A stretch of 64,000 bases of DNA, taken from NCBI GenBank assembly GCA_937920555.1, contig CAKZTM010000010.1:1790-65789 (forward strand). Direction: 5' to 3'. Shown piece by piece: positions 17,470 to 26,116 of this stretch. The notes under the pieces are model-generated. The model was given only the letters and a program-made list of their open reading frames with translations, ran no database searches and was not told the DNA's origin. Position 1 is the stretch's first letter. Every line of letters starts with the position of its first letter. Position numbers and translations under genes: made by a program. The DNA comes from an uncultured Rhodobacteraceae bacterium. Its GTDB lineage: Bacteria; Pseudomonadota; Alphaproteobacteria; Rhodobacterales; Rhodobacteraceae.

Positions 17470-18159
17470 CTACAAATATTCCTGTAGTGTTGCCGGTGGG
17501 TCATCAAAAAGCGCCTGTGCGGCGACAGGTTTCGCGACACTTCCATCGTGAACAAAGGAGACAAAATCAGCGGTTTTGGCGTCCTCGGGGGAATGGGTCA
17601 CAAATATCAAAGTACAGTTTTGTTGACCCCGGATCGTCTCAACCAGTGCCAACATTTCCCGGCGCAGGCCCGGCCCAAGCGCGGAGAACGGTTCATCCAG
17701 TAGGAGCAGCGGCCGTCTTCGGATCAATGCGCGGGCCAATGCAACCCGACTTTGCTGGCCCCCCGACAGCTCGGACGGGTAGCGCGCACTCATGTCGGGC
17801 AGTTCCACTTGCGCCAGCGCCGCGGTCACTTCAGCCTTGGCGGCATCGTTCAACCGCAGCCCCGGATCAACACCGAGCGCCACATTTTGAAAGGCTGACA
17901 AATGGGGAAACAGGTTGTGATCCTGAAACATGAGCGTCAATGGCCTGTCCTGAGGCGCGGCATCTGTCACGTCTGCGCCGTCAATGCGCAATTGCCCCCC
18001 ATGCCGGACATCAAAACCTGCCAACCCGCCTAGAAACAGCGATTTTCCAGCACCAGATGGCCCAATCAGCGCCAAAGACGCACCACTGGGCAATGACCAA
18101 TCTGCGGCCAACCGGAAGGTGCCACGCCCAAAGATCAAATTTTCACAGGTGACGGCCAA
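17470..18159 (-). CDS. thiQ: Thiamine ABC transporter ATP-binding protein
   Basis: Walker A GPSGAGKS, signature LSGGQQSRVALAR, Walker B LLLDEP; last gene of thiBPQ. The TTG at 18159 is chosen by N-terminal length; the ORF could extend to 18207. Confidence 0.8.
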   Translation of the reverse strand: MAVTCENLIFGRGTFRLAADWSLPSGASLALIGPSGAGKSLFLGGLAGFDVRHGGQLRIDGADVTDAAPQDRPLTLMFQDHNLFPHLSAFQNVALGVDPGLRLNDAAKAEVTAALAQVELPDMSARYPSELSGGQQSRVALARALIRRRPLLLLDEPFSALGPGLRREMLALVETIRGQQNCTLIFVTHSPEDAKTADFVSFVHDGSVAKPVAAQALFDDPPATLQEYL

Positions 18160-19693
18160 GTTGTCCCCCCCGGTCAAACGCCGCAAATAGTCCAAAACTG
18201 ACCGCAACCAAGACCAAAGCTACCCCTGCGGCGGCGTCCATCTGATATGCGCCCATCAATCTATACATCAAAAGCGGTAGGGTGGCGCCATCCACCGGAG
18301 CAAACAGCGCGATCACTCCAAGATCGCCCATGCTCAGGGCCGCTGACAACCCGGTGGCAAACCCCAAGGGCCGGCGTAGCGCAGGCCAAAGCATTAACCG
18401 GGTGCGGTCCCAACCCGAAAGGCCCAAACTTGTTCCCAAACGCCCGTAATTGCGTTCGACCTGTTGCAAAGCTGGCACGAGAACCCGCACACAAAACGGC
18501 AGGGACAGGGCCGCGTTGACCACCGCTGTGACTGGCAAAGCCATCGCAAATGGGTCCAGCCACGGGTTAATGATGATAAAAAGCCCGGTTCCCAACACAA
18601 ACGGCGAGACCACCAACACCATGGTCGATGTGACCTCTATCAGCCATCCACGGCTCGACCGCGCGGCCAGCGAAGCAATCCCAATGGCGCCGCCGACGGC
18701 CAAAAGAGTAGATAGGGCCGTGATTTGCAGGCTCATCCACAAGGCCTCCATCAGGCGAACATCCAAAATACCAACCAACCCGCCAACACCGCGCAGCACG
18801 ATGGCACCCATCGGCATCAATAAAAACAACGCCGCTGTACAAATGACGAAGCTATCTATGCCGCGTCCGCCTTGGCGCCACACGCGTCGGGCCCCGCCAA
18901 GACCTTGCCCCAAGTCCACGGGCCGCCCGGCAGATAGTAACAGGATCGCCGCTCCACCGCTTAAAATGACCTGCACCAGCGCAAGAACGGCCGCACGCCC
19001 CAGATCAAAATCGAAGCGCAACGCGGCGTAAATCGCCAACTCAACACTGGTGGCTTTGGGTCCCCCGCCTAGCGCCAAAACCGTCGCAAAACTGGTCATA
19101 CAGAGGATGAAAACCAAAACAAGTGCGCCGGGGATCACTTGCCGAAGCATGGGTATTTCCAAGCACCTGAATTCATCCCAAGCAGAGAAGCCAAGCTGCG
19201 CTGACAATCTGAAATGTTCTGCGGGGATCGATACCCAGCCTTGCAAGATTAACCGTGTGGCCAAAGGCAGGTTAAAGAAGACATGAGCCAGAACCACGCC
19301 GGGAAACCCGTAAATATCAACCCGCCCCAGTCCCACTAGCCCAAGAACGTCGCTGAAAAGCCCGGACCGTCCCCAAATCGCTAGTAATCCGAAGACAGCG
19401 ACGATAACCGGCAAAATGAAGGGCGCACCCAAGGCAACCATCAAAAACCCACGCCCAAAGAACTGACGCCGCGAAAGCGCGCGGGCAACGGGGATCGCAA
19501 GAACCACGCTTAGGAGCGCCGAGATCACCGATTGTAGCAGAGTAAACCGAACGGCGGCCCAGTCACCCGGACCTAGGGCGATCGGCCAATCCGCCCGGCT
19601 GATCACCGCGATCAATGACCCAAAGACGAGAAGTGCAAGGCAAGCCAGCACCCCTCGTCCAAACGCGTTCACTTGGAGAGAACCCGGATCCAT
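18143..19693 (-). CDS. thiP: Thiamine ABC transporter permease (duplicated MalFG-type domain)
   Basis: 516-aa polytopic membrane protein lying between thiB and thiQ. Confidence 0.8.
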   Translation of the reverse strand: MDPGSLQVNAFGRGVLACLALLVFGSLIAVISRADWPIALGPGDWAAVRFTLLQSVISALLSVVLAIPVARALSRRQFFGRGFLMVALGAPFILPVIVAVFGLLAIWGRSGLFSDVLGLVGLGRVDIYGFPGVVLAHVFFNLPLATRLILQGWVSIPAEHFRLSAQLGFSAWDEFRCLEIPMLRQVIPGALVLVFILCMTSFATVLALGGGPKATSVELAIYAALRFDFDLGRAAVLALVQVILSGGAAILLLSAGRPVDLGQGLGGARRVWRQGGRGIDSFVICTAALFLLMPMGAIVLRGVGGLVGILDVRLMEALWMSLQITALSTLLAVGGAIGIASLAARSSRGWLIEVTSTMVLVVSPFVLGTGLFIIINPWLDPFAMALPVTAVVNAALSLPFCVRVLVPALQQVERNYGRLGTSLGLSGWDRTRLMLWPALRRPLGFATGLSAALSMGDLGVIALFAPVDGATLPLLMYRLMGAYQMDAAAGVALVLVAVSFGLFAAFDRGGQLGRHL

Positions 19694-20658
19694 TCCGCCA
19701 GAGCCGCGTCACGTATGCCGCTCGCTTCGTTTGCTGGTATCAAAAGCGCCTTGTCATCGGCCACCGGTTTGGCAAAGGCATCTGGCAAGCCGCCCTCAGG
19801 CTGCACAACCGGATACATCCAGTTGGTTGTTGGAATAATCGACTGAAATCCATCCGAAATCATGAACTCCAGAAACGATTTTGCCAATTCCGGCTGATCA
19901 CTGCCCTCGACCATACCGGCCACTTCAACCTGCATGTAATGACCTTCATCAAAAGCCGCCGCTTTCTTAGAGAGATCTTCCTCGGCAATGATGTGATAAG
20001 ATGGCGAGGTCGTGTAGGACAGGACCATATCAACCTCACCCTCAAGGAACATGCCGTAAGCCTCGTCCCATCCTTTGGTGACGGTCGCAATTTTTGGGGA
20101 TAATCCTTCCCAAATTCGCGCCGCGTCAGCCCCGTAAGCGGCCTCAACCCACATCAAAAGGCCAAGTCCCGGCGTGGATGAGCGCGGGTCTTGAATGACA
20201 ATCTCCAAATCACTGGTGATCAATTCCTCAAACGATGACGGAACATCCGCGACCTTGGTCTCGTCATAAACAAAGGCGAAATACCCCCAATCATAGGGCA
20301 AGAAGTTTGGATCATCCCAAGCGATCGGCATGTCAAACGCACCTGTGATCCCATGGGGCGCAATTAACCCAGAGGCCGCCGCATCTGCGGTCAAATTTGT
20401 GTCGAGACCTAGCACCACATCAGCGTCAGTCCGACCGCCTTCAAGCTTGAGCCGGGACAAAATTCCGGCCCCATCTCCTACGGCAATCAATTTAAGATCA
20501 CAGCCGCAATTCTCTTCAAAAGCCGCTTCAACGCCGGGTCCAGGGCCCCAATCAGAGACGAAACTGTCGTAGGTGTACACAATAAGCTCTGGCTTGTCCT
20601 GCGCGTGTGCCGCAACAGAACCCAAAAGAGCTACAGCAAAAGAAAGGGTGGTCTTCAT
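19669..20658 (-). CDS. thiB: Thiamine/TPP ABC transporter periplasmic binding protein
   Basis: Signal peptide MKTTLSFAVALLGSVAAHA. The ATG at 20656-20658 is preceded by GGAGGA and sits directly downstream of a TPP riboswitch. The ORF-track extension to 20829 is rejected. Confidence 0.85.
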   Translation of the reverse strand: MKTTLSFAVALLGSVAAHAQDKPELIVYTYDSFVSDWGPGPGVEAAFEENCGCDLKLIAVGDGAGILSRLKLEGGRTDADVVLGLDTNLTADAAASGLIAPHGITGAFDMPIAWDDPNFLPYDWGYFAFVYDETKVADVPSSFEELITSDLEIVIQDPRSSTPGLGLLMWVEAAYGADAARIWEGLSPKIATVTKGWDEAYGMFLEGEVDMVLSYTTSPSYHIIAEEDLSKKAAAFDEGHYMQVEVAGMVEGSDQPELAKSFLEFMISDGFQSIIPTTNWMYPVVQPEGGLPDAFAKPVADDKALLIPANEASGIRDAALAEWIRVLSK

Positions 20659-20659
20659 G

Positions 20660-20800
20660 TCTTCCTCCAAGCCATAGCATAGAAGAAGGGAGTTGGGCCA
20701 AGCCCGTCTTACCTTCCCTACGCCGGCATTATCCGGTTCAGGTTCAGCGGGTTCGCCTATTGGCATCTCAGCTCTGTTATGAGCCCCCCGAGGTGAGCCG
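20660..20800 (-). promoter_or_regulatory. TPP (THI-box) riboswitch controlling thiBPQ
   Basis: Minus-strand RNA reads ACCTCGGGGGGCTC..GCTGAGA..ACCCGCTGAACCTGAACCGGATAATGCCGGCGTAGGGAAGGT (aptamer about 20711-20796). The downstream CTTCTTC can pair with the GAGGAAG Shine-Dalgarno site, giving a translational OFF helix. Confidence 0.9.
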
Positions 20801-20992
20801 TCATTATAAGTGGCGCTCGCCCGTCCCACAATGGCAAATACTGCCTTCTATGTTTCACCGGTAATTCGCCCCACGCGTCAATGCATCTGGCATGGCCAGA
20901 TGCCGATATCTCGTGATGCGCGGATGCGCATCTCAATTTGACAGGAGCCTTGAAAACTTGCGCCACCCGCCAATTGCACTTACCTAAATCCA

Positions 20993-21814
20993 ATGAACCA
21001 AATAAAATCGATCCCAAGACGTGAAGTGAAAAAGCCAAAACCGCCCCTGAAATGCGCGGTGGTCATCTCTTCGACCCGTCTCACACCCAACATGCAAAGA
21101 GTTGTTCTGGGCGGCCCGGATGTCGCCGGTTTCACGCCGGACCGCGCGGGGGCGAACCTTAAGATTTGTGTACCACCCGCCGCGCTGACCCCCAATGCAT
21201 TTCGCGCCAGCTTAAGTGATAATTCAGCCGCAAAAATTTTGCGCACCTTTACCGTGCAATCCTCCGATCCGGTTCGTGGCACCTTAACTGTAGATTTTGC
21301 CTTGCACGAGCCGGTGGGCCACGCGCCCGCCGGTGATTGGGCAAGGACCGCAAAACCCGGGGACTTTCTGGGCTACCGGGGCCCATCAGACAAAAAGATG
21401 ACCAACTTTACGGCCGGCACCTATATCCTTCATGCCGATATGACGGCCCTTCCAGCCATTGGTGCGATCCTCGCCGACATGCCGCGCACAGCCGCCGGTC
21501 ACGCCTTTATTGAAATCACACACAAAGATGACGTCCAAAATTTGGATGCCCCCGAAGGCATCAAAATTAACTGGCTCGTGCACCCGGACCCCTCAAAACC
21601 TTCAACACAGGCCATCCAGGCAATCAAAGCGCTCAGCTTGCCCGACAGTCTACAGGTTGCGGTGATTGGCGAGCACACGGTCGTGGCCGATCTGAGAGAT
21701 TACTTTCTCAAACAGGTTGGCCTTGATCCGCTGCAAAATTATATCTCCCCGTATTGGAAAATTGGCCTCAAGGAGGACGAACATCAGATCCTCAAGAAAT
21801 CGGAGCGTGACTGA
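20993..21814 (+). CDS. Siderophore-interacting protein (FAD-binding ferric-siderophore reductase family)
   Basis: LRTFTV (RxYT/S-type FAD motif), GDWARTAKPGDFLGYRGP, and a C-terminal ...YWK.G... motif typical of the SIP/ViuB family. Confidence 0.7.
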   Translation: MNQIKSIPRREVKKPKPPLKCAVVISSTRLTPNMQRVVLGGPDVAGFTPDRAGANLKICVPPAALTPNAFRASLSDNSAAKILRTFTVQSSDPVRGTLTVDFALHEPVGHAPAGDWARTAKPGDFLGYRGPSDKKMTNFTAGTYILHADMTALPAIGAILADMPRTAAGHAFIEITHKDDVQNLDAPEGIKINWLVHPDPSKPSTQAIQAIKALSLPDSLQVAVIGEHTVVADLRDYFLKQVGLDPLQNYISPYWKIGLKEDEHQILKKSERD

Positions 21815-22110
21815 TGTTCGGCCTACTTCGCATTGCCCTCCTCTACCTGATCGTTGTTAACGTGATCACCCTGATATTGTTTATTTGGGACAAAGCGCGC
21901 GCCAAGCAGGGCCAGTGGCGGGTGGCTGAAAGTACTCTTTTGTTATTCAGTGCCATTGGCGGTACGCCAGCGGCTTTTGTGGGCCGCGAGATATTTCGCC
22001 ACAAAACCCGCAAGCAACCTTTCGGATATATCCTGATTGCCATTGCTGTGCTTCAAGTTGTCATGGTTGCGGGCATCGTCATTTACCGCACATCCTCTCA
22101 GGTTTTGTGA
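21814..22110 (+). CDS. DUF1294 membrane protein
   Basis: DKARAKQGQWRVAESTLLLFSAIGGTPAAFVGREIFRHKTRKQPF matches the DUF1294 signature. The start overlaps the SIP stop (TGATG). Confidence 0.7.
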   Translation: MFGLLRIALLYLIVVNVITLILFIWDKARAKQGQWRVAESTLLLFSAIGGTPAAFVGREIFRHKTRKQPFGYILIAIAVLQVVMVAGIVIYRTSSQVL

Positions 22111-22239
22111 AGCGCAAACCCGGCTGGTTGGTTGGGCCATCCCGCCTTTGGGCCGACACCTCCCTATTTTGCGTATAGCTATGCCTCGTTGCACCGCCGC
22201 GTCCCTTAGGCTAATTCTCCGCCAACAGGAGCTTGGCAT

Positions 22240-23343
22240 ATGTCTTTCAATACGTTCGGTCACATCTTCCGCGTCACTACATGGGGCGAAAGCCATGGCC
22301 CCGCTCTAGGCGCAACCGTCGACGGCTGCCCGCCGAATGTGCCTATAAGCGAGGTCGATATTCAGCACTGGCTCGACCGACGCAAGCCGGGACAAAACAA
22401 ATATACCACCCAAAGGCAGGAGCCTGATCAGGTTGAGATCTTGTCGGGCACGTTTGAGGGCCACACCACGGGTCATCCGGTTCAGCTTTTGATCCGAAAT
22501 ACCGATCAGCGCTCCAAAGATTATTCTGAAATCATGGATAAATTTCGGCCCGGTCATGCGGACATTACCTATTGGCAAAAATACGGGATCCGCGATTATC
22601 GTGGCGGCGGCCGCTCCTCGGCCCGTGAAACCGCGGCCCGGGTTGCCGCAGGCGGTTTGGCCCGTGCGGCTCTTGCGCATCTGGTCCCAGAGATCAAAAT
22701 CACGGGCTACATGGTTCAGATGGGTCCTCACAAAATTGACCGTGATAATATGGATATGGCTCAGATCGAGAAAAATCCGTTTTGGACCCCTGACGCTCGG
22801 GCGGCAAGTGACTGGGCCGCCTATCTTGATGATCTGCGCAAATCTGGCAATTCTGTGGGTGCGGTGATTGAAGTTGCGGCCACTGGAGTGCCTGCCGGGT
22901 TGGGTGCCCCCGTTTATGCCAAAATCGATACGGATATTGCCAGCGGGCTTATGTCGATTAACGCAGTAAAAGGAGTGGAAATTGGTGCTGGGATGGATGC
23001 GGCCTCACTTACGGGCACACAAAACGCCGATGAGATTTTCATGGGTAATGATGGAAGACCGGTCTTTAATTCCAACCATGCCGGGGGCGTTCTGGGTGGT
23101 ATCTCGACGGGCCAGGACATTGTTGCGAGATTCGCGGTCAAGCCAACCTCGTCGATCTTGTCTGCCAGGCAGACGATTAACAAGTTGGGTCAGCCTTCCG
23201 AGATTGTAACCAAAGGGCGTCATGACCCCTGCGTAGGCATTCGTGCCGTTCCAGTGGGCGAGGCTATGATGGCGTGTACGATCCTGGACCACCTGCTCTT
23301 GCACCGCGCCCATGTCGGGGAAAATCAAGGCAAAATTGGCTAA
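22240..23343 (+). CDS. aroC: Chorismate synthase
   Basis: [32 protein letters not shown]..., [17 protein letters not shown] and [14 protein letters not shown] are canonical AroC motifs. Confidence 0.95.
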   Translation: MSFNTFGHIFRVTTWGESHGPALGATVDGCPPNVPISEVDIQHWLDRRKPGQNKYTTQRQEPDQVEILSGTFEGHTTGHPVQLLIRNTDQRSKDYSEIMDKFRPGHADITYWQKYGIRDYRGGGRSSARETAARVAAGGLARAALAHLVPEIKITGYMVQMGPHKIDRDNMDMAQIEKNPFWTPDARAASDWAAYLDDLRKSGNSVGAVIEVAATGVPAGLGAPVYAKIDTDIASGLMSINAVKGVEIGAGMDAASLTGTQNADEIFMGNDGRPVFNSNHAGGVLGGISTGQDIVARFAVKPTSSILSARQTINKLGQPSEIVTKGRHDPCVGIRAVPVGEAMMACTILDHLLLHRAHVGENQGKIG

Positions 23344-23703
23344 TTCGGGGCCGGGAATATTGCGGTTGGATTGGCTGGGACTACAAAGGTTTCGGGGGAT
23401 TAACCTTAGGTCTTAGCCAATTTCGTGTCGGAACTGATCCATTCAGCAGCCCACGAATTCCATCAAAAATTCCGAGACGATTGTTGTCTGCTGTCCAGCA
23501 AAACCTTTGGGACCAGATTACCAGACATTGAAGGAAAGTTGCACAGTACAGCCTTGTTCTTTGGCACCAGTAGGCAGGCACACCGGTCAGTTTAAATAGC
23601 ACAACGGAATTGCGGACAGCGCCAGATGTACACCAATACTTATTGGATGGTTCCAGCAAGTGGCACAGATTTCGATTGGCTTTTCTAGAACGTCACATGC
23701 GGC

Positions 23704-24084
23704 TCATGACAAAGGCCCCAAATGCGTTTCCAGCGCCTCCCTGACATCCGCCACCGAGAACGGCTTTGATACGAAATGGTCGATGGACGACCCCGAGGCC
23801 TGATCACGATAGGCATCCGAAGTGGCCAAGAAAATTGGGGTGGAATTCAACGCCGGATGCGCCTTTATCTTCTCCGCTAAATCTACGCCGCTCATTCCCG
23901 GCATATTGAGATCTGAAATGACCGCATCGAACTTTTTGGTTTGCATTAACTCAAAAGCTGCATCTCCCGACGCCGCAAGGGCGACATCAATAACACCGAG
24001 CTTTTTCAAGCACTGACGCGCCAAACCACGCATGGTTTGTTGATCGTCTACGACGAGTACCGTTACTGTTTTCGCAGCTGGCAT
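23704..24084 (-). CDS. cheY: CheY-like single-domain response regulator (second CheY of the operon)
   Basis: VLVVDDQQTMR...DAVISDLNMPGMSG...TPIFLATS...KPF: receiver-domain acidic pocket, T and K residues. Confidence 0.85.
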   Translation of the reverse strand: MPAAKTVTVLVVDDQQTMRGLARQCLKKLGVIDVALAASGDAAFELMQTKKFDAVISDLNMPGMSGVDLAEKIKAHPALNSTPIFLATSDAYRDQASGSSIDHFVSKPFSVADVREALETHLGPLS

Positions 24085-24174
24085 GTTTCGAACCTCTCAG
24101 CATGGATATCTTCTGTTTCACTACCAAAGGAATAGATCAAAACCGTTATCAGAAGGTGTTTATGTAGGAATTTT

Positions 24175-24768
24175 CTAAAATAGCTCTACTCCGCCATTAC
24201 TATGTTTGGCCAAAGCTCGTTTTCTCATTTCGATCTCTTTTTCTTTGATGTCATCATTTCCGAGGGAAACTATTCTGAGAACCGAGACCCGTCCATCTGC
24301 CGGAAAAAAGTAGACCCGGCGAGCCTTGCTGCCCCCAAGATCCTCGGCCAGCACCGGAATACCCTCAGACCTCAGGTACTCTTTCACAAACTCACTGTTT
24401 TGCGCGCCGACTGTTTCCATGGATGAGGTTTGTATTACATTCGCCCCACCAAAGACTTTGGCTTCGAGATTTTCTTTTTGAGCCCCAATTTTCAATAAAT
24501 CGTTGATCAGTACTTCCATAGCGTGAACACCATATCGGGAGGATTGATCAGCATCAGGAGCTTCGCTTTTTTCCGGCAACAAGAAGTGATTTAAACCGCC
24601 AGCGCCAGTTACCGTGTCTCGAATACAGGCAGAAACGCACGAGCCCAAAAGTGTAGAAATCGGCGTTGCCTCGTTCGCCTGAACGAAGTGATGACCCGGC
24701 AATACAAAAACCGTGTCGCCACTTATACGTTGATCAAAGTACCTTTGTGATTTGAGTCCTGCATTCAT
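24175..24768 (-). CDS. cheD: Chemoreceptor glutamine deamidase CheD
   Basis: TLLGSCVSACIRD (catalytic Cys), GLNHFLLP (His), FGGANV, C-terminal ...GGVELF. The ATG overlaps the cheR stop (ATGA). Confidence 0.85.
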   Translation of the reverse strand: MNAGLKSQRYFDQRISGDTVFVLPGHHFVQANEATPISTLLGSCVSACIRDTVTGAGGLNHFLLPEKSEAPDADQSSRYGVHAMEVLINDLLKIGAQKENLEAKVFGGANVIQTSSMETVGAQNSEFVKEYLRSEGIPVLAEDLGGSKARRVYFFPADGRVSVLRIVSLGNDDIKEKEIEMRKRALAKHSNGGVELF

Positions 24769-25610
24769 CCGCTTGCCACCTTACGATAAGTCGTTAGTCC
24801 TTCATTGATCAAAAGCGGATGATCACCTAAAACAGTTTCTGAATGGCCCAGATACAAAACACCGCCGGGCCGAAGCATTCTAGCAAATCGGTTAATAAGC
24901 TCTGCCTTAATATCAGCCGAGAAGTAGATAAGAACATTTCGGCAAAATATAATATCGAATGGGCCTTTCATCGGCCAGTTTTGAAGTAAGTTTAATTGCT
25001 TAAACGAGATAAGATCGATGACATTTTTGTGGAATTCAAATTTTGAAGAATCTATTTCATCAACCATTTTTCCTATGTTTTGGCCCTCGATTTGATCCAG
25101 TAAGTCCCGCTCATACTGGGCCTTCTTGGCGAGTTCCAAAACGTCAGTATCAATGTCCGTAGCCAGTATTTTTGTATCTGATATTCCACTCCTTTGGCCA
25201 TTCAACAACAAAGTAAGTGCAATTGAATAGGGCTCTTCTCCAGTCGAGCAGCCAGCGGACCATATCCTTAGGCGCTCCGAACCCAATTTGGCCATTTCGC
25301 CTACTTCAGCTGAAAAATGATCGAAATGGTGCATTTCGCGGAAAAAGGAGGTCAGGTTCGTTGTTAGTGCATTGCAAAAATTTTGATGTTCGGAGTTACC
25401 CTCATTCCTTTCCAGATGATCAAGATATGTTGGGAAATTATCGAAACCCAATGCCCTGACCCGATTGACTATCCTCGTCCGGACCATCGCCTTCTTGTGG
25501 TCCGGTATCAAAATGCCAGATAGTTTCTGAAAACGCAGCACGATCCTTTGGAAGTCAGAATCACTCATTTCAAGTGACTGGACTTCTCTGACTGATATAG
25601 TCATGCTCAA
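24765..25610 (-). CDS. cheR: Chemotaxis protein methyltransferase CheR
   Basis: FFRE..HF, RIWSAGCSTGEEPYSIA, ATDID, FDIIFCRNVLIYF. Start is either TTG at 25610 (overlapping the cheW stop) or ATG at 25604. Confidence 0.9.
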   Translation of the reverse strand: MSMTISVREVQSLEMSDSDFQRIVLRFQKLSGILIPDHKKAMVRTRIVNRVRALGFDNFPTYLDHLERNEGNSEHQNFCNALTTNLTSFFREMHHFDHFSAEVGEMAKLGSERLRIWSAGCSTGEEPYSIALTLLLNGQRSGISDTKILATDIDTDVLELAKKAQYERDLLDQIEGQNIGKMVDEIDSSKFEFHKNVIDLISFKQLNLLQNWPMKGPFDIIFCRNVLIYFSADIKAELINRFARMLRPGGVLYLGHSETVLGDHPLLINEGLTTYRKVASG

Positions 25611-26116
25611 TTGACTACGAGTTCATCGGTCAGCTCTTCTTTCAAGAACATCGATTCAAGATCAAGTAAAGCGACCAATTCGTCTCCATTGCTAACTAAC
25701 CCGCTAATGCAGTTGTCGCCTACATTGCCACCGGTGGAGGGAACCGGTCGAATATCGTCCGCCAAAACCGTTACAATGTCAGATACGGCATCAACCAATA
25801 TTCCTATTGTCTGATCTTTGATCGCGGCTATTACCACCACATGGTTTTCCGTGGCGGAGGTCAGGGGACCGCCAAATCTGGCTCTAAGGTCATGGACAGG
25901 AACTATAGTACCACGTAGGTTCAGAACCCCCCGCATGTACGGCTTCTGATTGGGCAACGATGTGGTAGGAGACCACTGCTTTATCTCCCGAACCATAACG
26001 ATGACAATTCCAAAGGTCTTTTCACCTACCAAAAATGTAACGTATTGGGCAGACTCTTGATGTTTGACCGGTTGGTCAGCCGTGGGAGCTGAAAGCGTTT
26101 GAGATTGATCCGTCAA
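25607..26116 (-). CDS. cheW: Chemotaxis coupling protein CheW
   Basis: YVTFLVGEKTFGIVIVMVREI...MRGVLNLRGTIVPVHDLR...IGILVDAVSDIV is the CheW fold pattern. The TTG start overlaps the cheA stop. Confidence 0.85.
   Translation of the reverse strand: MTDQSQTLSAPTADQPVKHQESAQYVTFLVGEKTFGIVIVMVREIKQWSPTTSLPNQKPYMRGVLNLRGTIVPVHDLRARFGGPLTSATENHVVVIAAIKDQTIGILVDAVSDIVTVLADDIRPVPSTGGNVGDNCISGLVSNGDELVALLDLESMFLKEELTDELVVN

Noticed and set aside
20659-20829. N-terminal extension of the thiB ORF (MGRASATYND...)
   Set aside because: It overlaps the TPP riboswitch aptamer. An internal ATG at 20658 with GGAGGA gives a proper signal peptide.
23381-23659. 92-aa minus-strand ORF in the aroC/cheY spacer
   Set aside because: W/C-rich improbable composition, no RBS and no motif, so it is not called as a gene. 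The spacer is reported as a finding instead.
23661-23676. TGGCAC (sigma-54 -24-like element) near the cheY end; also TGGCAC at 23562 and, upstream of glnK, a GTGCCA on the + strand (reads TGGCAC on the minus, glnK-sense strand) near 61948
   Set aside because: None has the obligatory GC of the -12 element at the correct GG-N10-GC spacing, and the orientation or position does not serve a downstream gene.
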